Source: an uncultured Candidatus Saccharibacteria bacterium (lineage in GTDB: Bacteria; Patescibacteriota; Minisyncoccia; Phycocordibacterales; UBA9973). From it: 64,000 nucleotides of DNA. Within the stretch, counting starts at the first letter, position 1. Every line of letters starts with the position of its first letter. Positions 17,777 through 28,641 of the stretch are shown here, piece after piece. Below the pieces are notes generated by a model, which was not told the origin of the DNA, ran no database searches, and saw only the letters and a list, made by a program, of their open reading frames with translations. The translations under genes and the position numbers were made by a program. The stretch spans positions 8,419 through 72,418 of the forward strand of contig CAZIZK010000003.1 in NCBI GenBank assembly GCA_964544225.1, written 5' to 3'.

Positions 17777-19102
17777 CTAATCAAAGTAATTCTTTAATCG
17801 AGCGATCTTCTCATTATGGCGAAGCTTCTCATGCACCTTGGCCTCGATCTGGCGGATACGTTCACGAGTAACACCAAAGTCTGTACCTACTTCTTCGAGT
17901 GTGTGTTGTACACCGTCTATCAATCCATAACGAAGTTCCAATATCTTTCTTTCTTTTGGAGTCAATTCAGATAGGACCTCTTTGATCTGATCAGATAGTA
18001 TACGACGTGAAGCGTCTTGGTCTGGGCGCAATATCTTGTCATCGGGGATGAACTCACCACGTGTAGACTTCTCATCATCGTCACCTATTGGCTGTTCAAG
18101 TGATACAGTGTCTTGGTTGATCTGTTCTATAACGTGGATCTTCTCCACCTCCAGATTCATCTCGGTTGCTATCTCCTCGGCCAAAGGTTCACGGCCCAGG
18201 TCTTGTGACAAGCGTCGGACAACTTGTTTGTATTTAGAAATAGTTTCCACCATGTGCACTGGTATACGGATAGTACGTGACTGGTCAGCAAGTGCACGAG
18301 TGATAGACTGACGTATCCACCATGTAGCATATGTAGAGAACTTGTAACCCTTTGTCCAGTCGAACTTCTCAACTGCTTTAAACAGACCCAAGTTTCCCTC
18401 TTGGATCAGGTCAAGAAGTGTTAGGTCAGAACTACGACCAACATACTTCTTTGCGATAGATACAACTAGACGCAAGTTTGCACGGGCCAACAAGTTCTTT
18501 GCTTCCAGGTCACCCTTTTCAATTCTTCGAGCCAATTCCTTTTCTTCTGCAGCAGCGATCAATGGGTACTGACCAATTTCTTTTAGATATATCTGGATAG
18601 AGTCATATGTTGGGCTGTCTTTACTGTATTTCAGTGCGGCCTTCTCGTTCTCGCCGTCCATGTCTAGCAGGTTGCCACCTTCCAATACATCGATACCAGA
18701 CACAGCCAACTTCTCGTACAATTCGTCTAGAAATAATATATTGTTCTCAATATCTGGAAAAGTCTTTATGATCTCGTCATAAGTTACGAAGCCCCTCTTC
18801 TTACCCTTCTCTATTACTTCGTTAGACTTTACTTCAAGCTCGAGAGCTTTGCGTTCAGCTGATGTAGCTTTTAAAGATTTTGGAGCTTTTTCCTTCTTTG
18901 GGGCTTTAACGGTGGCTTTCACAACCTTCTTTACGGGCTTCTTTACAACTTTCTTTACAGGCTTCTTTACCACCTTCTTTATAGGCTTCTTTGCCACCTT
19001 CTTTATAGGCTTCTTTATAACCTTCTTCACAACTTTCTTTATAGGCTTCTTTATAACCTTCTTCACAACTTTCTTTGTAGATTTTGTATTTTTCTTTTTC
19101 AT
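17777..19102 (-). CDS. rpoD: RNA polymerase primary sigma factor (sigma-70/RpoD) with a lysine-repeat N-terminal extension
   Basis: Regions 1.2 to 4 are conserved ([13 protein letters not shown], region 4 HTH). The first 65 or so residues are [12 protein letters not shown]-type repeats. Confidence 0.93.
   Translation of the reverse strand: MKKKNTKSTKKVVKKVIKKPIKKVVKKVIKKPIKKVAKKPIKKVVKKPVKKVVKKPVKKVVKATVKAPKKEKAPKSLKATSAERKALELEVKSNEVIEKGKKRGFVTYDEIIKTFPDIENNILFLDELYEKLAVSGIDVLEGGNLLDMDGENEKAALKYSKDSPTYDSIQIYLKEIGQYPLIAAAEEKELARRIEKGDLEAKNLLARANLRLVVSIAKKYVGRSSDLTLLDLIQEGNLGLFKAVEKFDWTKGYKFSTYATWWIRQSITRALADQSRTIRIPVHMVETISKYKQVVRRLSQDLGREPLAEEIATEMNLEVEKIHVIEQINQDTVSLEQPIGDDDEKSTRGEFIPDDKILRPDQDASRRILSDQIKEVLSELTPKERKILELRYGLIDGVQHTLEEVGTDFGVTRERIRQIEAKVHEKLRHNEKIARLKNYFD
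18925..19085. repeat. Tandem 18 to 36-bp coding repeats that encode the K-rich tail of RpoD
   Basis: Repeated units GGCTTCTTTAYMACCTTCTTTATA. The unit CCTTCTTCACAACTTTCTTTATAGGCTTCTTTATAA occurs twice in tandem. Confidence 0.6.
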
Positions 19103-19118
19103 ATTATTTTATATAAAA

Positions 19119-20897
19119 TTATTGCGATCGACGACTTTTAATATTTTGTACCCTTGTAACTATGTTTTGATATTGTTTCAATAAATCTTTTGCTTTGTCT
19201 ATTTCACCACTTATTTCATAATTATTCATATTTACTTTTATATCAATCAGTTTTTCTTGCAGTATCGCTTCTTCCAAGTTCAGGGCAAGTTCGGATACAT
19301 CTTTCATCATCTTATCATTGTTACCTCCGTACCACATCTCTGTTTCGAGTGACAATGCCTCTGTCGCTATCTCATACTTCTTTCTTATATTATTATATAC
19401 ATCATTACCTATCGTATCGATAAATTCATCTACACGTTTCTTCAAAATATCTTCGGGCCAGTTCTTTGATTCTTGTTGTAGTACGATACCGAAGAATTGC
19501 TTTTCTATACTTGATTTCCTAGAACCGGTATCAAGAGTATTGGAAACATTATTATCTTTTACAATATCTACTGTATTTATTTTATGAGTTGATTGATAAA
19601 CTTCAAAATCCTTCATCAATGCGCTCTCGGGTATGTTGGTCTTGCTATTTATCTCTTTTATATATGTGGCTTGGTCTATAGCGCTCTTAGAAGCGTTAAT
19701 ATAAGGGAATACTATCTCACGTATCTGCCTACCTTTCATACGCATATCGTCGGTATTGCTACATATACGATCAATATAGAAACTTATTATATTAGTTGCT
19801 TTACGAAGTATCTCCTTCCAAGTGTTTGCATCTACCTTGATAATGTCAGCTGGGTCTTGGCCTTCTGGCAATACGGCTATCTTTACTTGCATATCTAAAG
19901 ACAAAGCGATCAATGCACTACGGCCCGCTGCTCGCACCCCTGCAGAGTCACCGTCAAATGCAAAGATAACATTAGAAGTCATACGTCGGATCAAACCTAG
20001 ATTATTGAGTGTATTGTTCGCATCGACAGTTGTAGATGACAAAGCTGTGCCAGACACGGCCACAGTATTGTCGATACCTATCTGGTGCGACATCAATAAA
20101 TCTAACTGCCCTTCTACAACTACGGCATAACCCTTCTTCCTTATTGCAAGTTTGGCTTTATCAATACCAAACAATACATTACCTTTGTTAAATATAGGTG
20201 TATCTGGGCTGTTGATATACTTTGCTTCGTCAGCTTCATCTCGGCCAAATATACGCCCAGAGAACGCTATAACCCGGCCACTGGTATCACTGATCGGGAA
20301 CATTATGCGTCCACGAAAACGATCATAGAAGCTGGCTTTGCCATCAGCATCCTTCTTTTCACCTCTTTTTATTAATCCAGCACGCTCAATATCTGCCTCT
20401 TTAAAGCCTTTCTTTATCAAATGATCAGACACGCTACGCCACTCTTGCGGAGCAAAGCCAACTCTGAAGTTCGCAATAGTTTCGTCTGTCAGCCCCCTTT
20501 CATGCAAATATTTATTCGCTTCATTATTTAACTTTAGCTTGTCTTCAAAGTAGACAGTGGCCTCCTCCATTATCCTATACAATGCTTCGCGCGCGTCGGC
20601 GACCTCTTGGGTCTCATACACAAGAGGTACGCCTGCACGAGTAGCGAGAGTTTTCAGAGCTCCACGGAAATCCACTCCTTCGAAATTTTCAACAAATGCG
20701 AATATGTCCCCCTTGGCACTACAGCCGAAACAATAATAACTATTGCGTTCAGTGGAAACAAAGAAAGATGGTGTCTTTTCATTGTGAAATGGACACTTTG
20801 CTTTGTAATTTACCCCCGAAGGTTCTAACGTTATATATGAAGATATTACATCAGCGATCGAGAGCCTTTCTTTGATCTGCTCGACAGGTGTGGACAT
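19119..20897 (-). CDS. dnaG: DNA primase
   Basis: It has an N-terminal zinc ribbon (CPFHNEKTPSF...YYCFGCSAKGD) and a TOPRIM domain (VVEGQLD..DGD). Confidence 0.9.
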   Translation of the reverse strand: MSTPVEQIKERLSIADVISSYITLEPSGVNYKAKCPFHNEKTPSFFVSTERNSYYCFGCSAKGDIFAFVENFEGVDFRGALKTLATRAGVPLVYETQEVADAREALYRIMEEATVYFEDKLKLNNEANKYLHERGLTDETIANFRVGFAPQEWRSVSDHLIKKGFKEADIERAGLIKRGEKKDADGKASFYDRFRGRIMFPISDTSGRVIAFSGRIFGRDEADEAKYINSPDTPIFNKGNVLFGIDKAKLAIRKKGYAVVVEGQLDLLMSHQIGIDNTVAVSGTALSSTTVDANNTLNNLGLIRRMTSNVIFAFDGDSAGVRAAGRSALIALSLDMQVKIAVLPEGQDPADIIKVDANTWKEILRKATNIISFYIDRICSNTDDMRMKGRQIREIVFPYINASKSAIDQATYIKEINSKTNIPESALMKDFEVYQSTHKINTVDIVKDNNVSNTLDTGSRKSSIEKQFFGIVLQQESKNWPEDILKKRVDEFIDTIGNDVYNNIRKKYEIATEALSLETEMWYGGNNDKMMKDVSELALNLEEAILQEKLIDIKVNMNNYEISGEIDKAKDLLKQYQNIVTRVQNIKSRRSQ

Positions 20898-20905
20898 TGA
20901 TTTAA

Positions 20906-23900
20906 TTATGCCTCGTTAACAATTACTTCGTTCTCTGCTGGCACTACTTCTATCTTTTTTGGTTGCTTCTTTACACCGAATCCTGTACCAGCTGGTATCA
21001 AGTTACCGATGATAACATTTTCTTTTAGTCCACGTAGGTTGTCTACTCCTCCACGAACAGCGTTAGTGATCAATACACGGTTTGTGTTCTGGAATGATGC
21101 AGCAGATAGCCATGACTTTGTAGTCAAAGATACTTCAGAAATACCTAGCACGATTGTCTCTGCCATCGCAGGGCGACCCTCGCTCTCTGCATGTACGCGA
21201 TCATTCTCTTCGATCAATTCTATAGATTCGACTATCTCACCTGGTGAGAATGTTGTATCGCCGGCATCCTTCACGCGCTTACGTGAGAAAATCTGACGGA
21301 TAATGATTTCGATATGCTTACGAGAGATAGATGCACTCTGTAGGTCATAGACTTTGTTGATTTCGTTTACGATATATTCTTCAGCCATTTCCTTGCCACC
21401 GTATTTAACGATTTCGTTAATATCAGCAGAACCGTCTGTGAGCAACTGACCCTTCACAACCTTATCACCAGCCTTTACAACGTTCTGACGACGGAATGCA
21501 ACTGTATACTCTATCTCATTATCTTTACCATCGTTCTTTGAGTCAGATAGAACCTTGATCAACTTCTCTTTACCATTTGATGTTACTTCTAGAACCTCGC
21601 CGTCTGTACGAGAAACGATCGCAGGGTTCTTTGGCATACGACGTTCGAAGATTTCTTCGACACGAGGTAGACCTGTAGTAATGTCGACTGTGGCCACACC
21701 TCCGGCGTGGAATGTACGAAGTGTTAGCTGTGTACCTGGTTCACCGATAGCTTGCGCTGCGATGATACCTACAGCCTGACCCTTCTCGATCAAACAGTTA
21801 CGTCCTAGATCAAGACCGTAACAAGTACGACATATACCATGTATAACTTCACAAGCAAGTGGTGAGCGAACATTAGCTTCTGTAACACCTGCTGTTTCCA
21901 TTGCTTTACCATCTTCTTTTGTTATTAGAGCTCCCTTCTTGAACATTACATTACCACTTGGATCTTTTACTTCAGAAAGTAGTACACGTCCAGTTACGAA
22001 CTTTGCAAAAACTCCATCAACTGCACGTACGATCTTGCCGTTCTTTGTACCACAATCATCTTCTGTAACAACCACGTCTTGAGCAACGTCTACCAAACGA
22101 CGTGTTAGGTAACCAGCCTTTGCAGTATTTAGCGCAGTGTCGGCTAGACCCTTACGTGAACCGTGAGTAGTGATAAAGTATTCAAGCGGTGATAGACCTT
22201 CGATATATGAAGGGATAACTGGGAAGTCGAGTGTCTGACCAGAAGTGTTCACGATCAAACCGATCATTCCACACATCTGTGCAAGTGATGCTGTGTTACC
22301 ACGGGCACCTGATGTAACTAGGTCGTATGTAGATCCACGAGTATCAAGTGTAGCTGGGATCAACTTCTCGATCTCTTTCTTTGCACGCTCCCAGATCTCG
22401 ATTACCTTCTCCATCTTTTCCTCTTCTGAAAGAAGACCGTCGTTGTATTGATCTTGCACCTGCTCCTCTTCCTTTCGAGAATTTTCTAGAATACCTTTTT
22501 TTCCTTCTGGAACACGGATATTGTCTATACCCCAAGTAACTCCAGAATATGTAGCATAGCGGAAACCGAAAGCCTTGATATTGTCTAGAACTTTTGGAGT
22601 AGCATCGATACCATAGTGCATGATAATCTCGTCTATTAATGTGATCATTCTCTTTATTGTGATTTCTTCATTTAGGTATGGGAAGTCTTCTGGCAAGATA
22701 CTGTTGAAGAACAATTTACCAACTGTTGTTTCAAATATTTTACCTTCGAATTGTGCATACTTTGCTTTGTCACTAGGTAACACTTTGATCTTTGCACGGA
22801 AAGTAATAGCGTTCAAGTCAAAGGCAGTGATAGCTTGGTTCGGAGTTGAGAAATACATGCCCTCACCCTTTTCACCTGGAACTTCTTTTGTCATCCAGTA
22901 ACATCCAAGAACAATATCCATCTTTGGGTTCACGATAGGTGCACCGTCCTGAGGCTTTAGCAAGTTCTTGTTAGCAGCCATGTATTCCTTTGCTTCACTC
23001 TGAGCTTCGTCAGAAAGAGGAACGTATACAGCCATCTGGTCACCGTCGAAGTCAGCGTTGAAACCTGTACATACAAGTGGGTGAACCTGGATAGCATTAC
23101 CTTCGATAAGTATTGGGTTGAAAGCCTGTATTCCTAGGCGGTGCAAAGTCGGAGCACGGTTTAGCAATACGTATTTACCTTTGATCACTTCTTCAAGTAT
23201 TGCCCAAACTTCTGGCACACCTTCTTCTATTAGGCGGTTCGCACCACGAATATTGTAAGCTAACTCGCCTTCCAATATCTTTGATATTACGAATGGGCGG
23301 AATAGTTCCAAAGCCATGTGCTTTGGCAAACCACATTGGTTCAGTTTAAGCTGTGGACCAACCACAATAACAGAACGTCCAGAGTAGTCTACACGCTTAC
23401 CGAGCAAGTTCTGACGGAACAGACCTTGTTTACTCTTCAGGTTGTCAGACAAAGACTTGAGTGCACGCTTCTGACTTGCAGACACAGCCTGTGAGTCATT
23501 CTGCTTTGCTATAGAGTTGTCGATGAGTGCATCAACTGCTTCTTGCAAGATACGCTTTTCATTACGCAAGATAACATCTGGCGCACCTATTTCCTTCAAC
23601 TTTCGTAGACGGTTGTTACGGTTGATAACACGACGGTAAAGGTCGTTGATATCACTTGTTGCATGACGTCCTCCATCCAGGGCCACCATCGGGCGCAATG
23701 CTGGTGGTATAACAGGGATCACGTTTAGGAACATCCATTCTGGACGGATCTTTGAGTAAAGCATAGAGCGGATAAGTGACATGCGCTTTTCCAACTTCTC
23801 CTTTTCTATTGCACTTGCCTTTGGAATCATAGCTTCTGTCTCGGCCTTCAACTTGTTCAAGTCTAAAGTTTTGAATATGTTAAATATTGCTTCAGCACCG

Positions 23901-24538
23901 ATACTCGCTTCGAAACAACTACCATACTTCAGTGAGAAGTGGTGGTATGATATTTCATTTAGAACTTTACCTGTGTGAATGTCGCTGATCTCGCGCTTTG
24001 TGTTTAGCAACAATTCCTTCAATTTTTCCTTTGACTCTTCGTCACCTGCTGACTTTATCTTTGCCTTGAATTCACTTTCCAAGTTCTTGATAACTTCATC
24101 CTTTTCATCTTGGTGAACCTTTGTGATTATGTATCCAGCAAAGTATATAACCTTTTCCAAGTCTGATACTGGTATGTTCAGCAATATAGACATACGTGAT
24201 GGAACACCACGTAGGAACCAGATATGTGCTACAGGACTTGCCAATTCGATATGACCCATACGTTCACGACGAACGATTGACCTTGTAACTTCAACTCCAC
24301 ACTTTTCACACACTATATCCTTGTAGCGGATACGTCGGTATTTACCACAGTAACATTCGTAATCTTTCTCTGGTCCAAATATGCGCTCATCGAACAAACC
24401 ATTGCGTTCTGAACGACCTGTACGGTAGTTGATAGTCTCTGGCTTTGTAACTTCACCGAATGACCACTCACGCATACGCTCAGGTGATGCGAGCTTTAGA
24501 TGTATTGAGTTAAAATCTGTTGTATCAATTGTTTTCAT
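20906..24538 (-). CDS. rpoC: DNA-directed RNA polymerase subunit beta'
   Basis: A 1210-aa protein with a zinc finger (CYCGKYRRIRYKDIVCEKCGVEV) and the catalytic NADFDGDQM motif. Confidence 0.97.
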   Translation of the reverse strand: MKTIDTTDFNSIHLKLASPERMREWSFGEVTKPETINYRTGRSERNGLFDERIFGPEKDYECYCGKYRRIRYKDIVCEKCGVEVTRSIVRRERMGHIELASPVAHIWFLRGVPSRMSILLNIPVSDLEKVIYFAGYIITKVHQDEKDEVIKNLESEFKAKIKSAGDEESKEKLKELLLNTKREISDIHTGKVLNEISYHHFSLKYGSCFEASIGAEAIFNIFKTLDLNKLKAETEAMIPKASAIEKEKLEKRMSLIRSMLYSKIRPEWMFLNVIPVIPPALRPMVALDGGRHATSDINDLYRRVINRNNRLRKLKEIGAPDVILRNEKRILQEAVDALIDNSIAKQNDSQAVSASQKRALKSLSDNLKSKQGLFRQNLLGKRVDYSGRSVIVVGPQLKLNQCGLPKHMALELFRPFVISKILEGELAYNIRGANRLIEEGVPEVWAILEEVIKGKYVLLNRAPTLHRLGIQAFNPILIEGNAIQVHPLVCTGFNADFDGDQMAVYVPLSDEAQSEAKEYMAANKNLLKPQDGAPIVNPKMDIVLGCYWMTKEVPGEKGEGMYFSTPNQAITAFDLNAITFRAKIKVLPSDKAKYAQFEGKIFETTVGKLFFNSILPEDFPYLNEEITIKRMITLIDEIIMHYGIDATPKVLDNIKAFGFRYATYSGVTWGIDNIRVPEGKKGILENSRKEEEQVQDQYNDGLLSEEEKMEKVIEIWERAKKEIEKLIPATLDTRGSTYDLVTSGARGNTASLAQMCGMIGLIVNTSGQTLDFPVIPSYIEGLSPLEYFITTHGSRKGLADTALNTAKAGYLTRRLVDVAQDVVVTEDDCGTKNGKIVRAVDGVFAKFVTGRVLLSEVKDPSGNVMFKKGALITKEDGKAMETAGVTEANVRSPLACEVIHGICRTCYGLDLGRNCLIEKGQAVGIIAAQAIGEPGTQLTLRTFHAGGVATVDITTGLPRVEEIFERRMPKNPAIVSRTDGEVLEVTSNGKEKLIKVLSDSKNDGKDNEIEYTVAFRRQNVVKAGDKVVKGQLLTDGSADINEIVKYGGKEMAEEYIVNEINKVYDLQSASISRKHIEIIIRQIFSRKRVKDAGDTTFSPGEIVESIELIEENDRVHAESEGRPAMAETIVLGISEVSLTTKSWLSAASFQNTNRVLITNAVRGGVDNLRGLKENVIIGNLIPAGTGFGVKKQPKKIEVVPAENEVIVNEA

Positions 24539-24560
24539 ATATTTTTATTGATTTAGATTA

Positions 24561-27500
24561 TTATTTATTAAGAGTTTCGTCATTCTTCAAGTCGACATCA
24601 AGAGCAAGTCCACGTAGGTAGTTAAGCATCACTGAGAATGAAGCTGGGACATTTGGCTCACCGATAGGTAGACCCTTAATAATTGCATCGAATGTCTGCG
24701 ATCGACCCATTATATCGTCAGACTTTATTGTTAACATTTCACGAAGTGTATAAGCAGCACCATGACCCTCCAACGCCCACACCTCCATTTCTCCGAATCT
24801 CTGACCTCCACCTTGTGCTTTACCGCCAAGAGGTTGCTGTGTGATAAGTGAGTATGGACCAATAGAACGCATGTGAAGTTTGTCTTCCACCATGTGGTGA
24901 AGCTTCAACATATACATGTATCCAACTGCAATATCCTGGTCAAATGCGTCACCTGTACGTCCGTCATATAGTGCTACGCGGCCATTCTCTGGCATACCTG
25001 CCTTTACCAATTCTTCCTTTATTTCAGTAACACTTGCAGATGAGAATGGTGGAACGATAGCTTGGTAACCCAAAGTGTTCGCAGCGTAACCAAGATGCAT
25101 TTCCAATATCTGACCCAGGTTCATACGAGATGGAACACCAAGTGGTGTAAGTATTATGTCTACTGGAGTACCGTCGGCCATGAATGGCATCTCTTCCTCT
25201 GGAAGGATTGTAGAGATAACACCCTTGTTACCGTGACGACCTGCGAGCTTGTCACCCACTGATATGTTACGGATCTGTGCAACTTCAATAACAATCCTCT
25301 TTATGATTCCAGACTCTAGGTTGTGGCCTTGGTCACGAGAGAATAATTTGATTCCAACTACGCGACCCTTCTTGCCATGTTCCAGACGCATAGATGTGTC
25401 CTTCACATCACGAGCCTTTTCAGCAAAGATAGATCGTAGCAAGCGCTCTTCTGGAGTAAGCTCGGTCTCACCCTTTGGAGTGATCTTACCTACTAGGATA
25501 TCGTTCTCGCGAACTTCAGCACCAACACGCACGATACCGTCTTCATCCAAATCTTTCAATTTATTTTCACCAACATTTGGTATGTCACGAGTAGTGATCT
25601 CGGGCCCGAGCTTTGTATCACGCACATTACATACGAACTCTGTTATATAGATACTTGTGAACTTACTTTTCTTTACCAAACGCTCTGACAATATGATCGC
25701 GTCTTCGTAGTTTGAACCACCCCATGACATGAATGCCACAAGAGCGTTCTGACCGATAGCGATCTGACCACGATCAGTAGTAGAAGTGTCGGCTAGAACC
25801 TGACCTTTCTTTACCTTGTCACCCATAGATATACTTGGGCGCTGGTGGAATACTGAGAAGTTGTTTGTACGTGAGAAGTTGATCAGTGGGTATTCATGAG
25901 CCTTGCCTTTATCATCTGTAATAACGATCCTCTTTCCATCTACGTGTGTTGCAGTACCTGCAACTTCTGCCACCACAAGGCGACCAGAGTCACGAGATGC
26001 CAATTCTTCCATACCTGTTGCAACAAGTGGAGCTTCTGGGACGATACATGGTACCGCCTGCTTTTGCATGTTACTTCCCATGAGTGCACGGTTCGCATTG
26101 TCGTGTTCTAGGAATGGGATCATAGATGTAGCAATAGAAAAAGCTTGGTTTGTAGCAACGTCTACAAAGTCTATCTCGCTCTTGTTTACGATTCCTGGCT
26201 TTGTCTTTACGCGAGCCTCTACCTTGTCCTCTAATATATTTCCTTTTTCATCATACTTCAGACCAGCGTGAGCAATGTTGTACTTCTCCTCTTCCAATGC
26301 GTTTAGGTAAACAACTTCAGAAGTAATCTTGCCTTTTACAACTTTGATATATGGAGTCTCGATTATGCCGAATTCATTGATCTTTGCATAAGTAGCCATG
26401 TGAAGTATCAAACCAATGTTTGGACCTTCTGGAGTGTGTATAGGACATACACGGCCGTAGTGTGAAGTGTGCACGTCACGAACTTCCAAGCCTGCACGTT
26501 CACGTGTAAGACCTCCTGGTCCAAGCGCTGAAAGAATACGCAAATGCTCTACTTCGGCCATTACGTTTTCCTGGTTCATGAATTGTGATAGTTGGTTCGC
26601 AGTAAAGAACTCCTTTATACGAGCCTGTAGTGGGCGCTGGTTGATGATCTGGATAGGCATAGTTGTCGCTACATCTATAGTAGACATACGGTCCTGAACA
26701 TTACGCTTTATCTGGGCCATACCCATGCGTACCTTTTGCTGAAGCATCTCACCTACATAACGCACACGACGCTGACCAAGGTGGTCGATATCATCTGCCT
26801 TTGCATTTGGAGTGTTATTCAATAGAACAATGTTTTCGATTATTGCTACGAGGTCATCTGAAGAGATAGTTCGGCGTTCCATTTCCTTTGCACCCATGTC
26901 CTTGTCGAAACGCTTGTTGAATCGGAAGCGTCCTACTGGTGATAGGTCGTAACGTTCACTTGAAAGAAGTGTTTTTATGAATTCACGAGCATTGTCAGGT
27001 GTTGCCAAGTCGCCATCACGTAGACGCTTGTATATTTCAAGATATGAGTCTTGTAGGTTCTTTGATGGGTCCTTTTCGAGACAAACTTTGACAGCCTTCA
27101 AAGCTTCCTCGTTCTTACCAAATGCCTTCTCTATAGATGCATCTGTGTCGAGGCCTAAAACACGCAATAGTGATGCCACACTGAACTTGCGCTTTTTGTC
27201 GATACGTACATATATGCCACCGTCTACATCAGACTCGATCTCGATCCATACACCACGTGCTGGGATGATCTTTGCTCCAAAGTAACGCTTGCCCTTTAGT
27301 TCCTGATCAGTGAAGAATACTCCAAATGATCGGGCCAACTGACCAACAATAACACGCTCTACACCGTTGATGATGAAAGTTCCGTGCTTTGTCATTAGAG
27401 GCACATCAGCCATGAATATTTCTTGCTCCTTTGATGTACCTATTGTTTTATTTAAAAGTTTTACGCGAGCCTTTAGCTGACCCTCGTAAGTTAGCTTGTT

Positions 27501-27740
27501 GATCTTTGAATACTCTTCAGTAAACTTTGGTTCACTGAGTGAGAAAGATGCAATATCAAGCTGGAACTTCTTTCCAGAATAATCCTCGATAGGAGAAAAT
27601 TCTTTAAAGACTTCCTTGATACCAGATTCAACTAACCATGTAAATGAATTTAGTTGATCGGCTATTAGATTTGGGAACTCGACCAACGGCTTTTTATACC
27701 GTGAAAAATACTTCTTCTCGCGTGTGGCTGTTTTCTTCAT
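24561..27740 (-). CDS. rpoB: DNA-directed RNA polymerase subunit beta
   Basis: A 1059-aa protein with conserved beta-subunit blocks throughout. It lies 22 nt upstream of rpoC. Confidence 0.97.
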   Translation of the reverse strand: MKKTATREKKYFSRYKKPLVEFPNLIADQLNSFTWLVESGIKEVFKEFSPIEDYSGKKFQLDIASFSLSEPKFTEEYSKINKLTYEGQLKARVKLLNKTIGTSKEQEIFMADVPLMTKHGTFIINGVERVIVGQLARSFGVFFTDQELKGKRYFGAKIIPARGVWIEIESDVDGGIYVRIDKKRKFSVASLLRVLGLDTDASIEKAFGKNEEALKAVKVCLEKDPSKNLQDSYLEIYKRLRDGDLATPDNAREFIKTLLSSERYDLSPVGRFRFNKRFDKDMGAKEMERRTISSDDLVAIIENIVLLNNTPNAKADDIDHLGQRRVRYVGEMLQQKVRMGMAQIKRNVQDRMSTIDVATTMPIQIINQRPLQARIKEFFTANQLSQFMNQENVMAEVEHLRILSALGPGGLTRERAGLEVRDVHTSHYGRVCPIHTPEGPNIGLILHMATYAKINEFGIIETPYIKVVKGKITSEVVYLNALEEEKYNIAHAGLKYDEKGNILEDKVEARVKTKPGIVNKSEIDFVDVATNQAFSIATSMIPFLEHDNANRALMGSNMQKQAVPCIVPEAPLVATGMEELASRDSGRLVVAEVAGTATHVDGKRIVITDDKGKAHEYPLINFSRTNNFSVFHQRPSISMGDKVKKGQVLADTSTTDRGQIAIGQNALVAFMSWGGSNYEDAIILSERLVKKSKFTSIYITEFVCNVRDTKLGPEITTRDIPNVGENKLKDLDEDGIVRVGAEVRENDILVGKITPKGETELTPEERLLRSIFAEKARDVKDTSMRLEHGKKGRVVGIKLFSRDQGHNLESGIIKRIVIEVAQIRNISVGDKLAGRHGNKGVISTILPEEEMPFMADGTPVDIILTPLGVPSRMNLGQILEMHLGYAANTLGYQAIVPPFSSASVTEIKEELVKAGMPENGRVALYDGRTGDAFDQDIAVGYMYMLKLHHMVEDKLHMRSIGPYSLITQQPLGGKAQGGGQRFGEMEVWALEGHGAAYTLREMLTIKSDDIMGRSQTFDAIIKGLPIGEPNVPASFSVMLNYLRGLALDVDLKNDETLNK

Positions 27741-28126
27741 ATTTTAAGAAAATTAAAACAAAAAATTCCATTTGTATAAATACAAACAAAATACCTTTGT
27801 TCAGGCTATTAATTTAACTTGATAATAGTGAGGTTTTTATAGAGAAAATCCTCTTTACACGTGATCGAATGGCCCATAACTCAATCAGTTCAATCTGGTT
27901 CCTATCTTATATTAAAAGGCCCCAAATGTCAAATTATACACTGATTAACCCACCAGACAGTGCTTTAGGCACGGGCTGGATAGTGACCGGGTCTCTATCT
28001 GGGGATAAGTAATTTGGTATTATAGGGGTTATGGTGTACAATTTCTTTAATTTGGGTACGTCCTTTATCGGACAAATAGTGTACCTCGACAACCACATAA
28101 TTTCTAACCCTTTAATAAAATAAAAA

Positions 28127-28552
28127 ATGGAAAAACTTCCTTACAACGTGATGTTTATCTCTGTGTCTGAATACACAGGAAAAGAAAACGGTATTCAAAA
28201 TACCAACAAGTGTCAAAAGACAAAAAGAATTGTGGACTCAGTAAAAAATGAGATCCAAAACAACAAACCAATTTTGTATGGAGGATTATTTTCCGAGGGC
28301 AACAAGTATGCAAAGCATGCACAAGAAGAACTCCAAAAAGTATTAGAGTACGCAATATTACCTTGTAAAGATCTTGCGTGGGGTCTATTAGATCGAATTC
28401 AAATGTGTGTACCACGTGTGTCACCAGACGCTAATGGGCATGTTGTAATTATTACTGACAAAGAAACAGTAAAAAAGCTTACTGAATCTTTGGAATTAAT
28501 TCCAACACCGTATGGAGCCATTTTAACTGCCTCTCAAACAAGTGAGCAGTGA
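28127..28552 (+). CDS. Hypothetical protein of 141 aa
   Basis: It is oriented divergently from rpoB and is followed by a clear terminator. I recognise no motif. Confidence 0.45.
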   Translation: MEKLPYNVMFISVSEYTGKENGIQNTNKCQKTKRIVDSVKNEIQNNKPILYGGLFSEGNKYAKHAQEELQKVLEYAILPCKDLAWGLLDRIQMCVPRVSPDANGHVVIITDKETVKKLTESLELIPTPYGAILTASQTSEQ

Positions 28553-28583
28553 GCCTTTTTAAAAAGGTTAGAACAATGCATTT

Positions 28584-28618
28584 ACAGAACTGAAATAACC
28601 AAAACCAGTTCTGTTTTT
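28584..28618 (+). terminator. Intrinsic terminator
   Basis: ACAGAACTG-(12-nt loop)-CAGTTCTGT followed by TTTTTATTTTTAT. Confidence 0.6.
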
Positions 28619-28641
28619 ATTTTTATACAAATTATTTTAAA

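Noticed and set aside
27741-28126. The 386-bp AT-rich intergenic region upstream of rpoB, considered as a possible ncRNA such as SRP or 6S
   Set aside because: No SRP domain-IV motif (GGAAGCAGCC) and no extended conserved hairpins were found. It is more simply a divergent promoter region. It cannot be excluded without covariance-model searches.
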